A stretch of 64,000 nt of DNA, from positions 35,754 through 99,753 of IMG/VR virus record IMGVR_UViG_3300011113_000621; one strand, given 5' to 3'. Under the pieces are notes generated by a model. The model was not told where the DNA came from and ran no database searches. It saw only the letters and a program-made list of their open reading frames with translations. Each line of letters starts with the position of its first letter. Within the stretch, counting starts at the first letter, position 1. This DNA comes from a virus. The position numbers and the translations under genes were made by a program. This document shows, piece by piece, positions 29,469 through 37,866 of the stretch.

Positions 29469-30031
29469 TAGAACTTCTGGGACTTTATAATGATAGGTGC
29501 AGCTGAGTAAATATCCCACTTGATTGCAGCAGCTATCGCTTTTTTTATATTCTCTTCTGCTTGTTTCAGTGTCTTTGCTGGACCTAGAATCTCTAGAGCT
29601 CCAAGCACAACATCTCCTCCTGAACCACCGTAATAAACATTACGAACATCTCTGTCCCAAGAGTAGTCTTCAGAAATTGGATATATGACACCGCGCACTG
29701 CAATTAAAAACATCGAGTCATGCGCTGCCGCATCACCATCTTCCTTCATGTCATAACCAGCTTCAATAAAAGCTCGCCGCATCTCCGGGACAAACTTCTT
29801 AGTCATAAAGGAATCTAAGTTTTCTACGCTGTTAGGCGGTTTTGGTGGAGTCCAACCAAACTGAAGAATGTTAGATCCACGACTTGCACCAGCTCCAGCA
29901 ATTAGGTATGGTCCGTTTTCAATGACCTTATGAGTCGCCATTGTTGTGTATCGACCTGACTCTTCAGAAGCTCTAGAGTCACATCCAATAACACACCAAC
30001 CATTACCTTGTATTGCGGCAAGTGTAGTCAT
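29468..30031 (-). CDS. HslV/proteasome beta-subunit-like Ntn hydrolase
   Basis: Starts M-T-T (N-terminal Thr nucleophile), IGCDSR, K, GGSGG, AIKWDIYS. Confidence 0.8.
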   Translation of the reverse strand: MTTLAAIQGNGWCVIGCDSRASEESGRYTTMATHKVIENGPYLIAGAGASRGSNILQFGWTPPKPPNSVENLDSFMTKKFVPEMRRAFIEAGYDMKEDGDAAAHDSMFLIAVRGVIYPISEDYSWDRDVRNVYYGGSGGDVVLGALEILGPAKTLKQAEENIKKAIAAAIKWDIYSAAPIIIKSQKF

Positions 30032-30097
30032 AAACCTCTCCCTAAAACCCTGGTCACCTGGGGACAAATGTATCCCAGGTGAGAGGGCTACGTCTAA

Positions 30098-30427
30098 TTA
30101 CGCAGGGTCAATTATACTGAGAGGAACCGTAACATTTGAAGATTGAACCTCACCATTAGGAAGATACCTTGCAAACCTTCCTACCGGAGTTTCAAGTCTA
30201 ACCACAACCTTTGTGCGATTCTTTGAGATGATTTGAGCATATTGCCCAACCATATACCGCGTTCCGGTGAGTTCATTAAACCTAACTCTATCACCAACAC
30301 TAAAGTCGGTAATCTTCTTGTTCTTACGAACTTCACTCAGTCTATCTTTGGCAGCCTGTGTGATTTTGTCAAGTGAGTCATCAAATTTGCCTGAGGCTAT
30401 TTGACTCAATACTGTCTCAATATCCAT
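30098..30427 (-). CDS. Hypothetical protein (SH3-like C-terminus)
   Basis: FSVGDRVRF; own promoter variant and leader. Confidence 0.65.
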   Translation of the reverse strand: MDIETVLSQIASGKFDDSLDKITQAAKDRLSEVRKNKKITDFSVGDRVRFNELTGTRYMVGQYAQIISKNRTKVVVRLETPVGRFARYLPNGEVQSSNVTVPLSIIDPA

Positions 30428-30460
30428 GGTACCTTCCTTTCGTCGTTAAGTACTATTATA

Positions 30461-30646
30461 TCATACTTTTGACAGGAATGTAACATCTCCGGGGTAGAAT
30501 CTTTTCCCGTGAAGGTCATCAACCAGCTTTAAGGCAAGAGCTACCGCTGCTGTCTCACTGGAACTGATGACCTCGAGTTCACGAGTATCGTCACTTGTGT
30601 TTCTAGCATTAAGCTTTACCTTGTATCGGTAAGCTTTTGTCATCAA
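30461..30646 (-). CDS. Hypothetical protein
   Basis: Stop TGA lies within the next promoter motif. Confidence 0.6.
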   Translation of the reverse strand: MMTKAYRYKVKLNARNTSDDTRELEVISSSETAAVALALKLVDDLHGKRFYPGDVTFLSKV

Positions 30647-30891
30647 GCATCAACCTCAGCCTTGAGGTATTGAATGCCCTCAGATTTTTGTGCTTCGTCT
30701 TGTTCCCAAGGCAAACGTGTTCTATCAATATCAAGTAAGCTGTTGGTAAACATTACCGCAGTCTTCTTTGCAGCTCCCAATGTTGTATGGGCAGCATAAC
30801 GTTCCTCGCCTGATGCGAGGTCCTTTACCTTTACGAGCCACGCGGATTGCGGAGCTTTATTTTTGAGTAGAGTTGCTACTACACTCATCAT
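30643..30891 (-). CDS. Hypothetical protein
   Basis: Promoter motif at 30923-30935; RBS AGAGGA. Confidence 0.65.
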   Translation of the reverse strand: MMSVVATLLKNKAPQSAWLVKVKDLASGEERYAAHTTLGAAKKTAVMFTNSLLDIDRTRLPWEQDEAQKSEGIQYLKAEVDA

Positions 30892-30936
30892 TTCCTCTTT
30901 TCTTTGTCTTTGTGTTATAAACCTATTATATCAGGT

Positions 30937-31242
30937 TTAGTCATCATCCGAACTGGAGCGAGATCTTACCTTTTCCTGTTGGTCCCACATCTCTTCGCGA
31001 AGAGCACGTTCGTACTCATCACCGCGATACGAGTTAGAGCCAAAGGAGATATCCTCATCTTCATGAAGCTTATCTAAGCTAAGAACCGCAGTGTGCCCTG
31101 AAGCTGCAAACATGATTATGAGCTTTACGTCACCTTCATTTGCATCATCAACTAAAGCTACCGTAAAGGGAAGTCCTGCGACACCATTGCGATGATAAGC
31201 TAGATCAAGTATTTGTAATCTATCTGGGTCGATTCTTGTCAC
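30937..31242 (-). CDS. Hypothetical protein (YHRNGV motif)
   Basis: GTG start after GAAAGGAA RBS. Confidence 0.65.
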   Translation of the reverse strand: MTRIDPDRLQILDLAYHRNGVAGLPFTVALVDDANEGDVKLIIMFAASGHTAVLSLDKLHEDEDISFGSNSYRGDEYERALREEMWDQQEKVRSRSSSDDD

Positions 31243-31400
31243 GAGGCTTTCCTTTCAGCAGTACTTGGTCTTTTCTTTGTAATCGTGCAACCTTCAAGCT
31301 TTTGCTTTGCTATCCAGTCCTTAGCTGTTTTCTCGTCAGAGAACTGGCCTAGCCACTTGTCTCCTTGAAAGACGTTAACGAGTTTGTATAGATTACTCAT
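31239..31400 (-). CDS. Small hypothetical protein
   Basis: Manual ORF MSNLYKLVNVFQGDKWLGQFSDEKTAKDWIAKQKLEG... overlapping both neighbours by 4 nt. Confidence 0.65.
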   Translation of the reverse strand: MSNLYKLVNVFQGDKWLGQFSDEKTAKDWIAKQKLEGCTITKKRPSTAERKAS

Positions 31401-32038
31401 ATCGCAGCTCGATTCTTTTTAATAACTGGTTTGTAAGATCTACTGTTCCCACCAGTCTTCATGTATCCGTATCTTACGAGACGGAAGCGTAATGCTCCAT
31501 GAGTGACGCCAAGCTTCTTAGCAAGATGATAAAGCGTAACCTTTTGCTGGCTGTGAACTTTCCAAATAAGAGCCGCATACTCTTCAGCCTCCTCGCGATA
31601 CCTTGGAGAATGACTACGAACAAGTTGTGCAAAAGGTTGAAGCTCAAGTAGACGAGCTAAGTCCTTGGCATCTGGCTCGTAAGGTTCATATTTATACTTG
31701 ACAACTGTCTCTGTCGGAAGATTTGGAATTGGAAATTCCTCAGGAAACATCTTGATCTGTTCGATTAAGTCCTGGCCAATACTGACGTCAATTTGTCGAA
31801 TTCGTTCTCTAGTTAAGTCTGTTGCGTCCGCAATTGACTGTAGAGTCCAGCCCGCATGTCTTAGTGCAGCAATGTAGGAATTTCTTACCAAGGCATCACT
31901 CTCTTGATCTCTGTGAGGAGAGGCGCCAAATGACTTAAGGATAAGTCTAACGTTCTCAGGTAAAACCTGATTACTTACTACCGTATGAGTTTCCTCGGTG
32001 GCAACAAGCTTGCTAAAGTCTTTTCGTGTTTGTGTCAT
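31397..32038 (-). CDS. Double HTH DNA-binding protein (sigma70 region-4-like)
   Basis: GWTLQSIADATDLTRERIRQI and VTLYHLAKKLGVTHGALRFRL; leaderless start after TTTACT-17-TATAAT. Confidence 0.75.
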   Translation of the reverse strand: MTQTRKDFSKLVATEETHTVVSNQVLPENVRLILKSFGASPHRDQESDALVRNSYIAALRHAGWTLQSIADATDLTRERIRQIDVSIGQDLIEQIKMFPEEFPIPNLPTETVVKYKYEPYEPDAKDLARLLELQPFAQLVRSHSPRYREEAEEYAALIWKVHSQQKVTLYHLAKKLGVTHGALRFRLVRYGYMKTGGNSRSYKPVIKKNRAAI

Positions 32039-32073
32039 GGATATATTATATCATACTTTCTTTAGAAAGTAAA

Positions 32074-32109
32074 ATGGAGCTGGGCCACTTCTCCTTAGCC
32101 CAGCTCCAA
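32074..32109 (-). terminator. Intrinsic terminator
   Basis: TGGAGCTGGGC/GCCCAGCTCCA stem followed by TTTT on the minus strand. Confidence 0.7.
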
Positions 32110-32115
32110 GTGGTG

Positions 32116-32391
32116 CTACTTCTTAGGGAACTTCTTTTGTCCGCGTCTGATTGCAGACATGGTCATCGAAGCTTCCTTCGTGGTGTTTACCTGAATCTTC
32201 TCTCCTGTGGAGGTATTGAAGATCAGATAGTGTGAGCTATCCACCGCACGTAAAACCGCAAGGGTCTTACGCTTACGGAAGTAAGCTGGCTTGTAACCAT
32301 TTGGAAGTTTGACTCCGCGAGCCAAGGGAGGAAGCTGCTCTATGCGAGTTCCAGGCTTGGCACGAGCTGGAGATTTGATCTTCGCAGTCAT
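32116..32391 (-). CDS. Small basic protein
   Basis: Lys/Arg-rich; own promoter, leader and terminator. Confidence 0.7.
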   Translation of the reverse strand: MTAKIKSPARAKPGTRIEQLPPLARGVKLPNGYKPAYFRKRKTLAVLRAVDSSHYLIFNTSTGEKIQVNTTKEASMTMSAIRRGQKKFPKK

Positions 32392-32472
32392 GGTGTCCTT
32401 TCGTCTTTTATGAGCGCCTTGCTCATACTTGCTTATCTATTATATACAGATAAGGCAAATCTGTAAAACTAG

Positions 32473-32673
32473 TTAGGACAGGGCGAGTGGGTTACACTCG
32501 GGTAGAACGTGAGTTCTCCATTCACGGATAATCCTGTCAAAGGTATCCGTATACCCAAACTCCTTAGCTCGAAGGAGAATGGCGTAGTCCGCAAGGGACT
32601 CAGCCCAGACCTCTTCGTGGTCCTTTGAGTTTTGAGCGGAGCAGCTTACGCAGAAATCTTGTTTTGTTTCCAC
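32473..32673 (-). CDS. Hypothetical protein
   Basis: 66-aa ORF with a CxxC pair. Confidence 0.5.
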   Translation of the reverse strand: METKQDFCVSCSAQNSKDHEEVWAESLADYAILLRAKEFGYTDTFDRIIREWRTHVLPECNPLALS

Positions 32674-32771
32674 GACTGGTCCTTGATCTTTTGTTGTAGC
32701 TCGCGATTTGGCACGAGCGCCAGAAGAACTAAACCAAGCTCTTCCTCGGTAAGTGTAATTGTGTATTCCAT
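32646..32771 (-). CDS. Small hypothetical protein (MEYTITLTEEELGLVLLAL...)
   Basis: Start re-assigned downstream of the promoter motif and AAGGAGAGG RBS. Confidence 0.6.
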   Translation of the reverse strand: MEYTITLTEEELGLVLLALVPNRELQQKIKDQSWKQNKISA

Positions 32772-32799
32772 GAGAGTCCTCTCCTTTTGTACTATTATA

Positions 32800-32970
32800 T
32801 CAGGAACGACCGCAAGTTTGCTCTTCTTTTTGGAGAAGAGCTTTAGCCGCGCTGAGGTGTAGATCGCAGGAAGATACCGCACTCGTGATCTGACGCTGGC
32901 TTGATACTCCAGAGCAGACCGCACAATAAGAGACGTGGGTTGCTTTTTTAGAACAGTAGTGGCAAATCAA
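32800..32970 (-). CDS. Small Cys-rich protein
   Basis: TTG start after AGGAGG; stop inside the promoter motif. Confidence 0.55.
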   Translation of the reverse strand: MICHYCSKKATHVSYCAVCSGVSSQRQITSAVSSCDLHLSAAKALLQKEEQTCGRS

Positions 32971-33347
32971 CTTTGAGCCTCCTCTTGCACATCTCCGTAG
33001 GCTTTGCATGTGTCAACTAAGTCTTCAACAAATGACTTAAAAGACATAGGTCCAGCTCCGGCACGTTTAGCTACTACTTCCTCGGCAGTCTTCATGTCAG
33101 CATTTTTAATTAAATGATACAAATGAATGAGATCAGATTTAGAGACCGAATATGGACTAAAGACAAAGTCATCGGATTTCCGCTGTGTCGATTCGGGTTG
33201 TGGTTCGATGCCAGCATACACCGACTCTACGAAATCAAAATCATGAAAATCATCACGAATCTTTGTATAGGCGTAATTCGCATACTCTACATAAGCTTTA
33301 GCAAGCGCCTCCTCGATTCCTACAACTTGTTCTTGTTCGTTACTCAC
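32967..33347 (-). CDS. Hypothetical protein
   Basis: GTG start after AGGAGG. Confidence 0.65.
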   Translation of the reverse strand: MSNEQEQVVGIEEALAKAYVEYANYAYTKIRDDFHDFDFVESVYAGIEPQPESTQRKSDDFVFSPYSVSKSDLIHLYHLIKNADMKTAEEVVAKRAGAGPMSFKSFVEDLVDTCKAYGDVQEEAQS

Positions 33348-33522
33348 TTTGAGCCTCCTCTAACTTACTGAGGAATAACTCGATGTCCTTCTTGATGAAG
33401 TAGAAAGCATTACCGCATGAATAACAATACGCCTCAGTCATTGGGATCTCTCGGCAAAATGCGTCGATACCCGAGTGAATCAGGTCGGTGTTATCGCAAC
33501 CTTGCACTTGGCATTTCTTCAT
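33340..33522 (-). CDS. Small zinc-finger-like protein
   Basis: CQVQGC...CYSC; leader motif upstream. Confidence 0.65.
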   Translation of the reverse strand: MKKCQVQGCDNTDLIHSGIDAFCREIPMTEAYCYSCGNAFYFIKKDIELFLSKLEEAQSE

Positions 33523-33643
33523 TTTCGTCCTTTCGTCGTTTGATTTGGCAGCTCAGAGGACTTACCGCAGACGACCGCTGTAGTGAGCGATGTTCCGCGT
33601 GCCCCTGAACTGTTAGTACTATTATATCAGGTTTGGAGTGAGA

Positions 33644-33670
33644 AGGTACCCTACTCACAAGTAGGGTACC
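33644..33670 (-). terminator. Stem-loop
   Basis: GGTACCCTACT/AGTAGGGTACC perfect 11-bp stem after the 33683 ORF. Confidence 0.6.
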
Positions 33671-33682
33671 CGCAACTTGATT

Positions 33683-34126
33683 TTAGTTTAGTGGGTATGA
33701 ATTAAGGAAGAACTCTTGAAGATCTTTATCAATCCACCAACCTCGGTAGAAGACTAAGGGAGAGTCATCTGTCATTAGAAGATCATCAAAATACATTTGA
33801 GTGCCTTCTGGTTCTTCATCTAGACTAAAAACTGCTATGTGGTCTACACCTTCAATTTCTATGTATAAACCCGCATCAATAAAGTGGTATGAGTTATCTG
33901 GGTATCTGAATGTTAAGATCTGGCCATCTGCACTTACTTCAACAACCTCTGCTTGATCTATCTTTACTGATGGATCAATTGGTGTACTCTGGAACATGGA
34001 CTGTTTTTCTATCCACATTCTTAGAGGTTGTGTTTTTGAGTTTTTGAAGATTTCATGTATCTTCTGTGAAGGTGTGAGGGTGGTGTCCTCGGAAACCTTC
34101 TTTATGTATTCATATGTTGGATACAT
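33683..34126 (-). CDS. Hypothetical protein
   Basis: Promoter TTTACT-17-TATAAT and GGAAAGGA RBS. Confidence 0.7.
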   Translation of the reverse strand: MYPTYEYIKKVSEDTTLTPSQKIHEIFKNSKTQPLRMWIEKQSMFQSTPIDPSVKIDQAEVVEVSADGQILTFRYPDNSYHFIDAGLYIEIEGVDHIAVFSLDEEPEGTQMYFDDLLMTDDSPLVFYRGWWIDKDLQEFFLNSYPLN

Positions 34127-34184
34127 TCATTTTCCTTTCCTTTGGTTAGTATCTATTATAACATAATAGAAAGGAAAAGTAAAC

Positions 34185-34397
34185 TCAGGGTGTGAACTCC
34201 AACATTGCCTTTGCCCAGCTTGCCAGCTTGGGTTCAAACTTGTTTTTGTGGTGGCCGCATAGGTATAGGTCGCCGGAGTCACCGGAGATCTTCCAAAGGG
34301 CGCGAGCAACGCGGCACGCATCACATTGGACATACTCGGAGAAGGTCGAAGGCTCTAAGGGAGCCTGAGCTTCAAGCACCGCACCTGTCTCACTCAC
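34185..34397 (-). CDS. Small zinc-binding protein (CDAC...LCGHH)
   Basis: Same CxxC...CxxH pattern as 58776-58982. Confidence 0.6.
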   Translation of the reverse strand: MSETGAVLEAQAPLEPSTFSEYVQCDACRVARALWKISGDSGDLYLCGHHKNKFEPKLASWAKAMLEFTP

Positions 34398-34401
34398 GAG
34401 A

Positions 34402-34725
34402 TTACTTTATCACGTGAGAGAGATGATTAAGAGCTTCAGTCACGAGATTTGTTACCTCAAAACTGTCTCCTCCGATATGCCACTCATAAAGCTCATTTAA
34501 CCCAGGTCTTCCGAACTCGTATCGCTTCCAATCGTAGATGGTTGCGATTTCTCCGGAGTCAAATTGAATTATCCACTGCGTAGTGACTTTGTCACCCATT
34601 GAGAAAAACTGTGGATCTCCGAAAACCTCGGTAAGTTTTTCACGAGTCGTTTGTACATATCCCCGCAGTGATGTGCCATTGGCATTGATCTCTGAGTCTG
34701 CGAAAAAATTATCTCCGAACTTCAT
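34402..34725 (-). CDS. Hypothetical phage protein (TIYDWK motif)
   Basis: GTSLRGY...FGDP...KVTTQW...TIYDWK...WHIGG; start after AAGGAGG. Confidence 0.7.
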   Translation of the reverse strand: MKFGDNFFADSEINANGTSLRGYVQTTREKLTEVFGDPQFFSMGDKVTTQWIIQFDSGEIATIYDWKRYEFGRPGLNELYEWHIGGDSFEVTNLVTEALNHLSHVIK

Positions 34726-34735
34726 TTCATCCTCC

Positions 34736-34975
34736 TTAAGCTGAGAAAGCGAGAACGTAACCTTTATCCTGCTTTTCCCAAATTCTTTTGTTAGCGGCAA
34801 AGAGTGCTGCTTGCTCGTTTGAGAAGAGCTCAGTCTTCATTTGGCGATTACGCTTTTCAGCCATTCCCCAAAATACAGTCATACGATTTCCAATGACTTC
34901 AATTTCATACATCTTCTTCTTACCAATGAGTCCGCGATTTCCATCGCTCTCTTTTATTAGGCACCAGCGTTTCAT
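34736..34975 (-). CDS. WGR-domain-like protein
   Basis: KMYEIEVIGNRMTVFWG...EKQDKGY pattern; start after promoter plus leader. Confidence 0.65.
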   Translation of the reverse strand: MKRWCLIKESDGNRGLIGKKKMYEIEVIGNRMTVFWGMAEKRNRQMKTELFSNEQAALFAANKRIWEKQDKGYVLAFSA

Positions 34976-35015
34976 TTTTATCCTTTCGTCGTTTAGTACT
35001 ATTATATCAGGAAGA

Positions 35016-35312
35016 TTAACAGAAGCAAACTCCAGTTTTGGATGGAATTGTGTGGCAAATTGAGCAGAACAGTATTTCTGCTTTTGGTTGGTTTGATTTC
35101 TTTTGAACATTGGCTAGACCAAGTTCAATTAGTTTTGAAGATACAGAGTAGTAAGAGCGATTTAATTGGACCGCAATTTCTCTGATTGATTTATTAAGAC
35201 CTTTAAGAGTCTCAAGAGTGCGGATGTCAGAATGTAGCCATTCTTCATTCGCGCGGGTCGCTGTGACCAATGTGAAGCTTTGGGCTTCTCTCGTCCATTC
35301 CATTGCGTTCAT
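35016..35312 (-). CDS. HTH protein with C-terminal Cys cluster
   Basis: SIREIAVQLNRSYYSVSSKL; CSICHTIPSKTGVCFC. Confidence 0.65.
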   Translation of the reverse strand: MNAMEWTREAQSFTLVTATRANEEWLHSDIRTLETLKGLNKSIREIAVQLNRSYYSVSSKLIELGLANVQKKSNQPKAEILFCSICHTIPSKTGVCFC

Positions 35313-35415
35313 TTAGGGTGTCCTTTCGTCGTTATGGAACTATTATATCAGGTTTAGAGCGAACTCGTAAACTTTTATAAAGTAAAGGCGCCTTTCGGCG
35401 CCCTATCTCTAACTT

Positions 35416-35601
35416 TTAAACGTCAAGAGACTCTGGTTCCAATTCCAAGTCCCAAGAAGCATCGGGCCAACTTAAGTCGTGTTTCGTAGAGTCTACTTTT
35501 CCTAGTTCACTTAAGTGAGCATTTAATTTTGCTTCCGCTTGGTCGTAGCTTTCTGCTTCAACCTCGCCAGCCAGCTTTATTACAAATGAATAGGTTTTCA
35601 T
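35416..35601 (-). CDS. Small acidic protein
   Basis: MKTYSFVIKLAGEVEAESYDQAE...; own promoter, leader and downstream hairpin at 35385-35402. Confidence 0.7.
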   Translation of the reverse strand: MKTYSFVIKLAGEVEAESYDQAEAKLNAHLSELGKVDSTKHDLSWPDASWDLELEPESLDV

Positions 35602-35647
35602 TTTCGTCCTTTCGTCGTTTGGTACTATTATAACATATACCCGTCTA

Positions 35648-35916
35648 AAAGTAAACAAGCCAGCCCGAAGGCTGGCCTGTTTACGGACTAGCAGATTTTC
35701 AACTCGGAATTACGGTACCGCGCCTGATTCCAGTTTGCGCACCCGTGTCGATGTTGCTACGGAGTTTTTACCGAGGCTAGCTTTGCTATTACCGAGGCTG
35801 AGATACTTATATCTGCTTCGTTTCCTAGACCGCATAAACGTCAGCTTTTCGGGAGTAGTGTCCCCACGGGATACCCTTACGCTCCAAGGTCTAGTAAGTC
35901 CTCTATATTTAGTTGT
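35648..35916 (-). ncRNA. Candidate structured non-coding RNA (about 270 nt)
   Basis: Own promoter motif (35918-35933) and C(UUCG)G terminator (35651-35684); no RBS-led ORF; nested stems GGACT/AGTCC, CTAGACC/GGTCTAG, AGCAGAT/ATCTGCT. Confidence 0.6.
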
Positions 35917-35928
35917 GGTGCTATTATA

Positions 35929-36126
35929 TCAGGAAGATGGTGTGTCTTCCCAGTCCGTCAGGTAGCGAGCTTCAAAATCAGAGGCTGGCCTTTTGAGTCC
36001 AAGCTCCGCCATCTTTAGGTAGCGGTCAACGTCTGCTCGCTTGCGGGCTCTGAACTTTGAGATTCTTTCGCCCGTCTTGACATCTATAATTTCCCACACG
36101 CCTGCTGCAACATTGCGATTACGCAT
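35929..36126 (-). CDS. Hypothetical protein
   Basis: MRNRNVAAGVWEIIDVKTGE...; stop inside the promoter motif. Confidence 0.6.
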   Translation of the reverse strand: MRNRNVAAGVWEIIDVKTGERISKFRARKRADVDRYLKMAELGLKRPASDFEARYLTDWEDTPSS

Positions 36127-36469
36127 ACACTTGCCGTCTGACTCTTTCGGCAAACTCCTGGAGCTGCACAACCCAAGCGTGTGAAAGCTCTATGGTCTCG
36201 CCTTCTTCGTCCGTGCCGCCTGTAAATACACAGTCACCCACGATTACGTCGGTTTGTCCAAAGGAGCGTTCCCACATGTGCGTGCTGATGAGATTCACCG
36301 GTAAGCCAATGAGCTTGCCTTCATCATTGCACCAAAGTGTAAGATCTGGCTTCAAGCTTACCGCTTGAATTAGTCCACCTACCGTGCCTGAAAGCTGATT
36401 GTACTCGTCGGTGGAAAGATCAAGTACCTCGGTTGTTAAGTCTGTGTTTACTCGTAGTGCTGTTTTCAT
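36119..36469 (-). CDS. DUF3846-like protein
   Basis: VGGLIQAV...LWCNDEGKLIGLPVN...DVIVGDCVFTG..DEEG. Confidence 0.75.
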   Translation of the reverse strand: MKTALRVNTDLTTEVLDLSTDEYNQLSGTVGGLIQAVSLKPDLTLWCNDEGKLIGLPVNLISTHMWERSFGQTDVIVGDCVFTGGTDEEGETIELSHAWVVQLQEFAERVRRQVYA

Positions 36470-36648
36470 TTAGCTAACTCCACTTCTGGAAACCACTTCA
36501 ATAAAGTTTGAAGTAGGTGGTCGTAGTCGCCTGCAGTCATTTCCGCAGTAAACGTGGCAACCTCATCGCGGCGCCCTTGCTTTTCTAACTCACGGCGTCC
36601 TGCGCCAATTATAGCGAAGGCATTGCCATCTGTAATACTAATTGCCAT
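36466..36648 (-). CDS. Small phage protein (DGNAFAIIG...GDYDHLL)
   Basis: Start after ACGAAAGGACACCC leader. Confidence 0.7.
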   Translation of the reverse strand: MAISITDGNAFAIIGAGRRELEKQGRRDEVATFTAEMTAGDYDHLLQTLLKWFPEVELAK

Positions 36649-36668
36649 TGGGTGTCCTTTCGTAGATT

Positions 36669-36803
36669 CTAACCCTTGTGCCAACAGGTGCAGCCGCAAG
36701 GAAATGACGAGCCATTATTTCTTGGGCAGTAGTCGTGTTCATCCTCTGTGCAAGAACCGCACTTAGGATGCACCACTGTCTTGCCTTCAAGTTTAATTTC
36801 CAT
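36669..36803 (-). CDS. Small Cys/His-rich protein (leaderless)
   Basis: ATG 7 nt after TATAAT; CGSC...H..C...CGCTCWH. Confidence 0.6.
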   Translation of the reverse strand: MEIKLEGKTVVHPKCGSCTEDEHDYCPRNNGSSFPCGCTCWHKG

Positions 36804-36816
36804 AGGTACTATTATA

Positions 36817-37068
36817 TCAGGAAGAGTGTGGATATTGCAGACCTCGTGAAGCAAGTCTTTCACCAGCTTCATTTAGTGACGTGATAATTTCAAACACGTC
36901 CATTCCGGTGTCCCAGCTATCAAACATTGAAACTGCTAGGTCCCAGTGTTCATTGGTGTATTCCTCACCTGTGTTGCTTTCAACGTCTTCTTTTGTGAAC
37001 CATTGAACCATAATCTCTGAGTTTGGGTCCTCCTGTTGGAGAGCCGCAAGTACTGTTGATACTTTCAT
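36817..37068 (-). CDS. Acidic hypothetical protein
   Basis: Promoter plus leader upstream; stop inside the next motif. Confidence 0.7.
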   Translation of the reverse strand: MKVSTVLAALQQEDPNSEIMVQWFTKEDVESNTGEEYTNEHWDLAVSMFDSWDTGMDVFEIITSLNEAGERLASRGLQYPHSS

Positions 37069-37114
37069 TGGATGTCCTTTCGTCGTTGTTGGTACTATTA
37101 TATCAGGAAGAACG

Positions 37115-37255
37115 TTATTCCTGAACTACTGGCTCTAGCTTATGTGCGTCTACACAACTAAAGCACACAGGATAGTTGAATCGGTAATCAAAGGTATCAT
37201 CACTAAAGTTGCCTAAACACTTCTCGCAGTAAGTTAAGTCGCGCATTTGGTTCAT
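37115..37255 (-). CDS. Small zinc-finger-like protein
   Basis: Manual ORF MNQMRDLTYCEKCLG...VCFSCVDAHKLEPVVQE. Confidence 0.55.
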   Translation of the reverse strand: MNQMRDLTYCEKCLGNFSDDTFDYRFNYPVCFSCVDAHKLEPVVQE

Positions 37256-37470
37256 CCTACTTGGAGTAGCTCATTACAAAGTCCGCACCAATACGAATCT
37301 CCGAGCACACTTGACTCGTCATACTCGTGAAGTATTTCTTCAGTAGGGTGTTTGCAGTCATTTACAATAGGGTTTCCAAAGTACGTGCCCATAACTTGTT
37401 CGTGGGTTGGTTCCTTGCCTTCAGGCATTGAGTACGCCAACATTTCCATTCTTTCAACATAACCGCGCAT
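37252..37470 (-). CDS. Hypothetical protein
   Basis: Promoter plus leader; CKH...CGLC. Confidence 0.65.
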   Translation of the reverse strand: MRGYVERMEMLAYSMPEGKEPTHEQVMGTYFGNPIVNDCKHPTEEILHEYDESSVLGDSYWCGLCNELLQVG

Positions 37471-37502
37471 TAGATTTCCTTTCCGTCGTTGGTACTATTA
37501 TA

Positions 37503-37703
37503 TCAGGAATCGAGTACGCTCGCAAGATCTTCGTAAAGATTTTCTATTACCGTGCCGTGTTCCATTATGGTCTGCTCGAACTTGTCGTCCAGGTCTGAGG
37601 CACCCGCTGGAATCTTGTCGGTGCGCATTACGTAAATGACATCTCCTGGAGACATAAGCCACCAGTCACCATTCTCGTTGGCTACATATAAATTACTCAT
37701 CAT
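37503..37703 (-). CDS. Hypothetical protein
   Basis: Stop inside the promoter motif. Confidence 0.6.
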   Translation of the reverse strand: MMSNLYVANENGDWWLMSPGDVIYVMRTDKIPAGASDLDDKFEQTIMEHGTVIENLYEDLASVLDS

Positions 37704-37866
37704 CTTGTCCTAGAGGATAAAGATAGTTGCCAAGGTCAATGCCGCAACCAGTTTTGATGACAACCTCGCCGGAGTCATCTACAATTACCGTCGAGCCGTT
37801 TAGTCTTTCATTTACCCATTCCCTTAGGTGTTCTAAGGTTTGCAGGTCTGCAACTTTAAGTTCCAT
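37693..37866 (-). CDS. Small hypothetical protein
   Basis: Manual ORF MELKVADLQTLEHLREWVNERLNGSTVIVDDSGEVVIKTG... after the leader motif. Confidence 0.65.
   Translation of the reverse strand: MELKVADLQTLEHLREWVNERLNGSTVIVDDSGEVVIKTGCGIDLGNYLYPLGQDDE

Noticed and set aside
32074-32109. Another anti-leader loop
   Set aside because: The sense-strand loop (AAGGAGAAGUG) is SD-like rather than antisense and does not match its gene's leader, so the anti-leader pattern is not universal among terminators.
35648-35916. tmRNA or hammerhead ribozyme
   Set aside because: No tRNA-like acceptor/T arm or tag ending in AA; GAAA is present but no CUGAnGA core in the right position.
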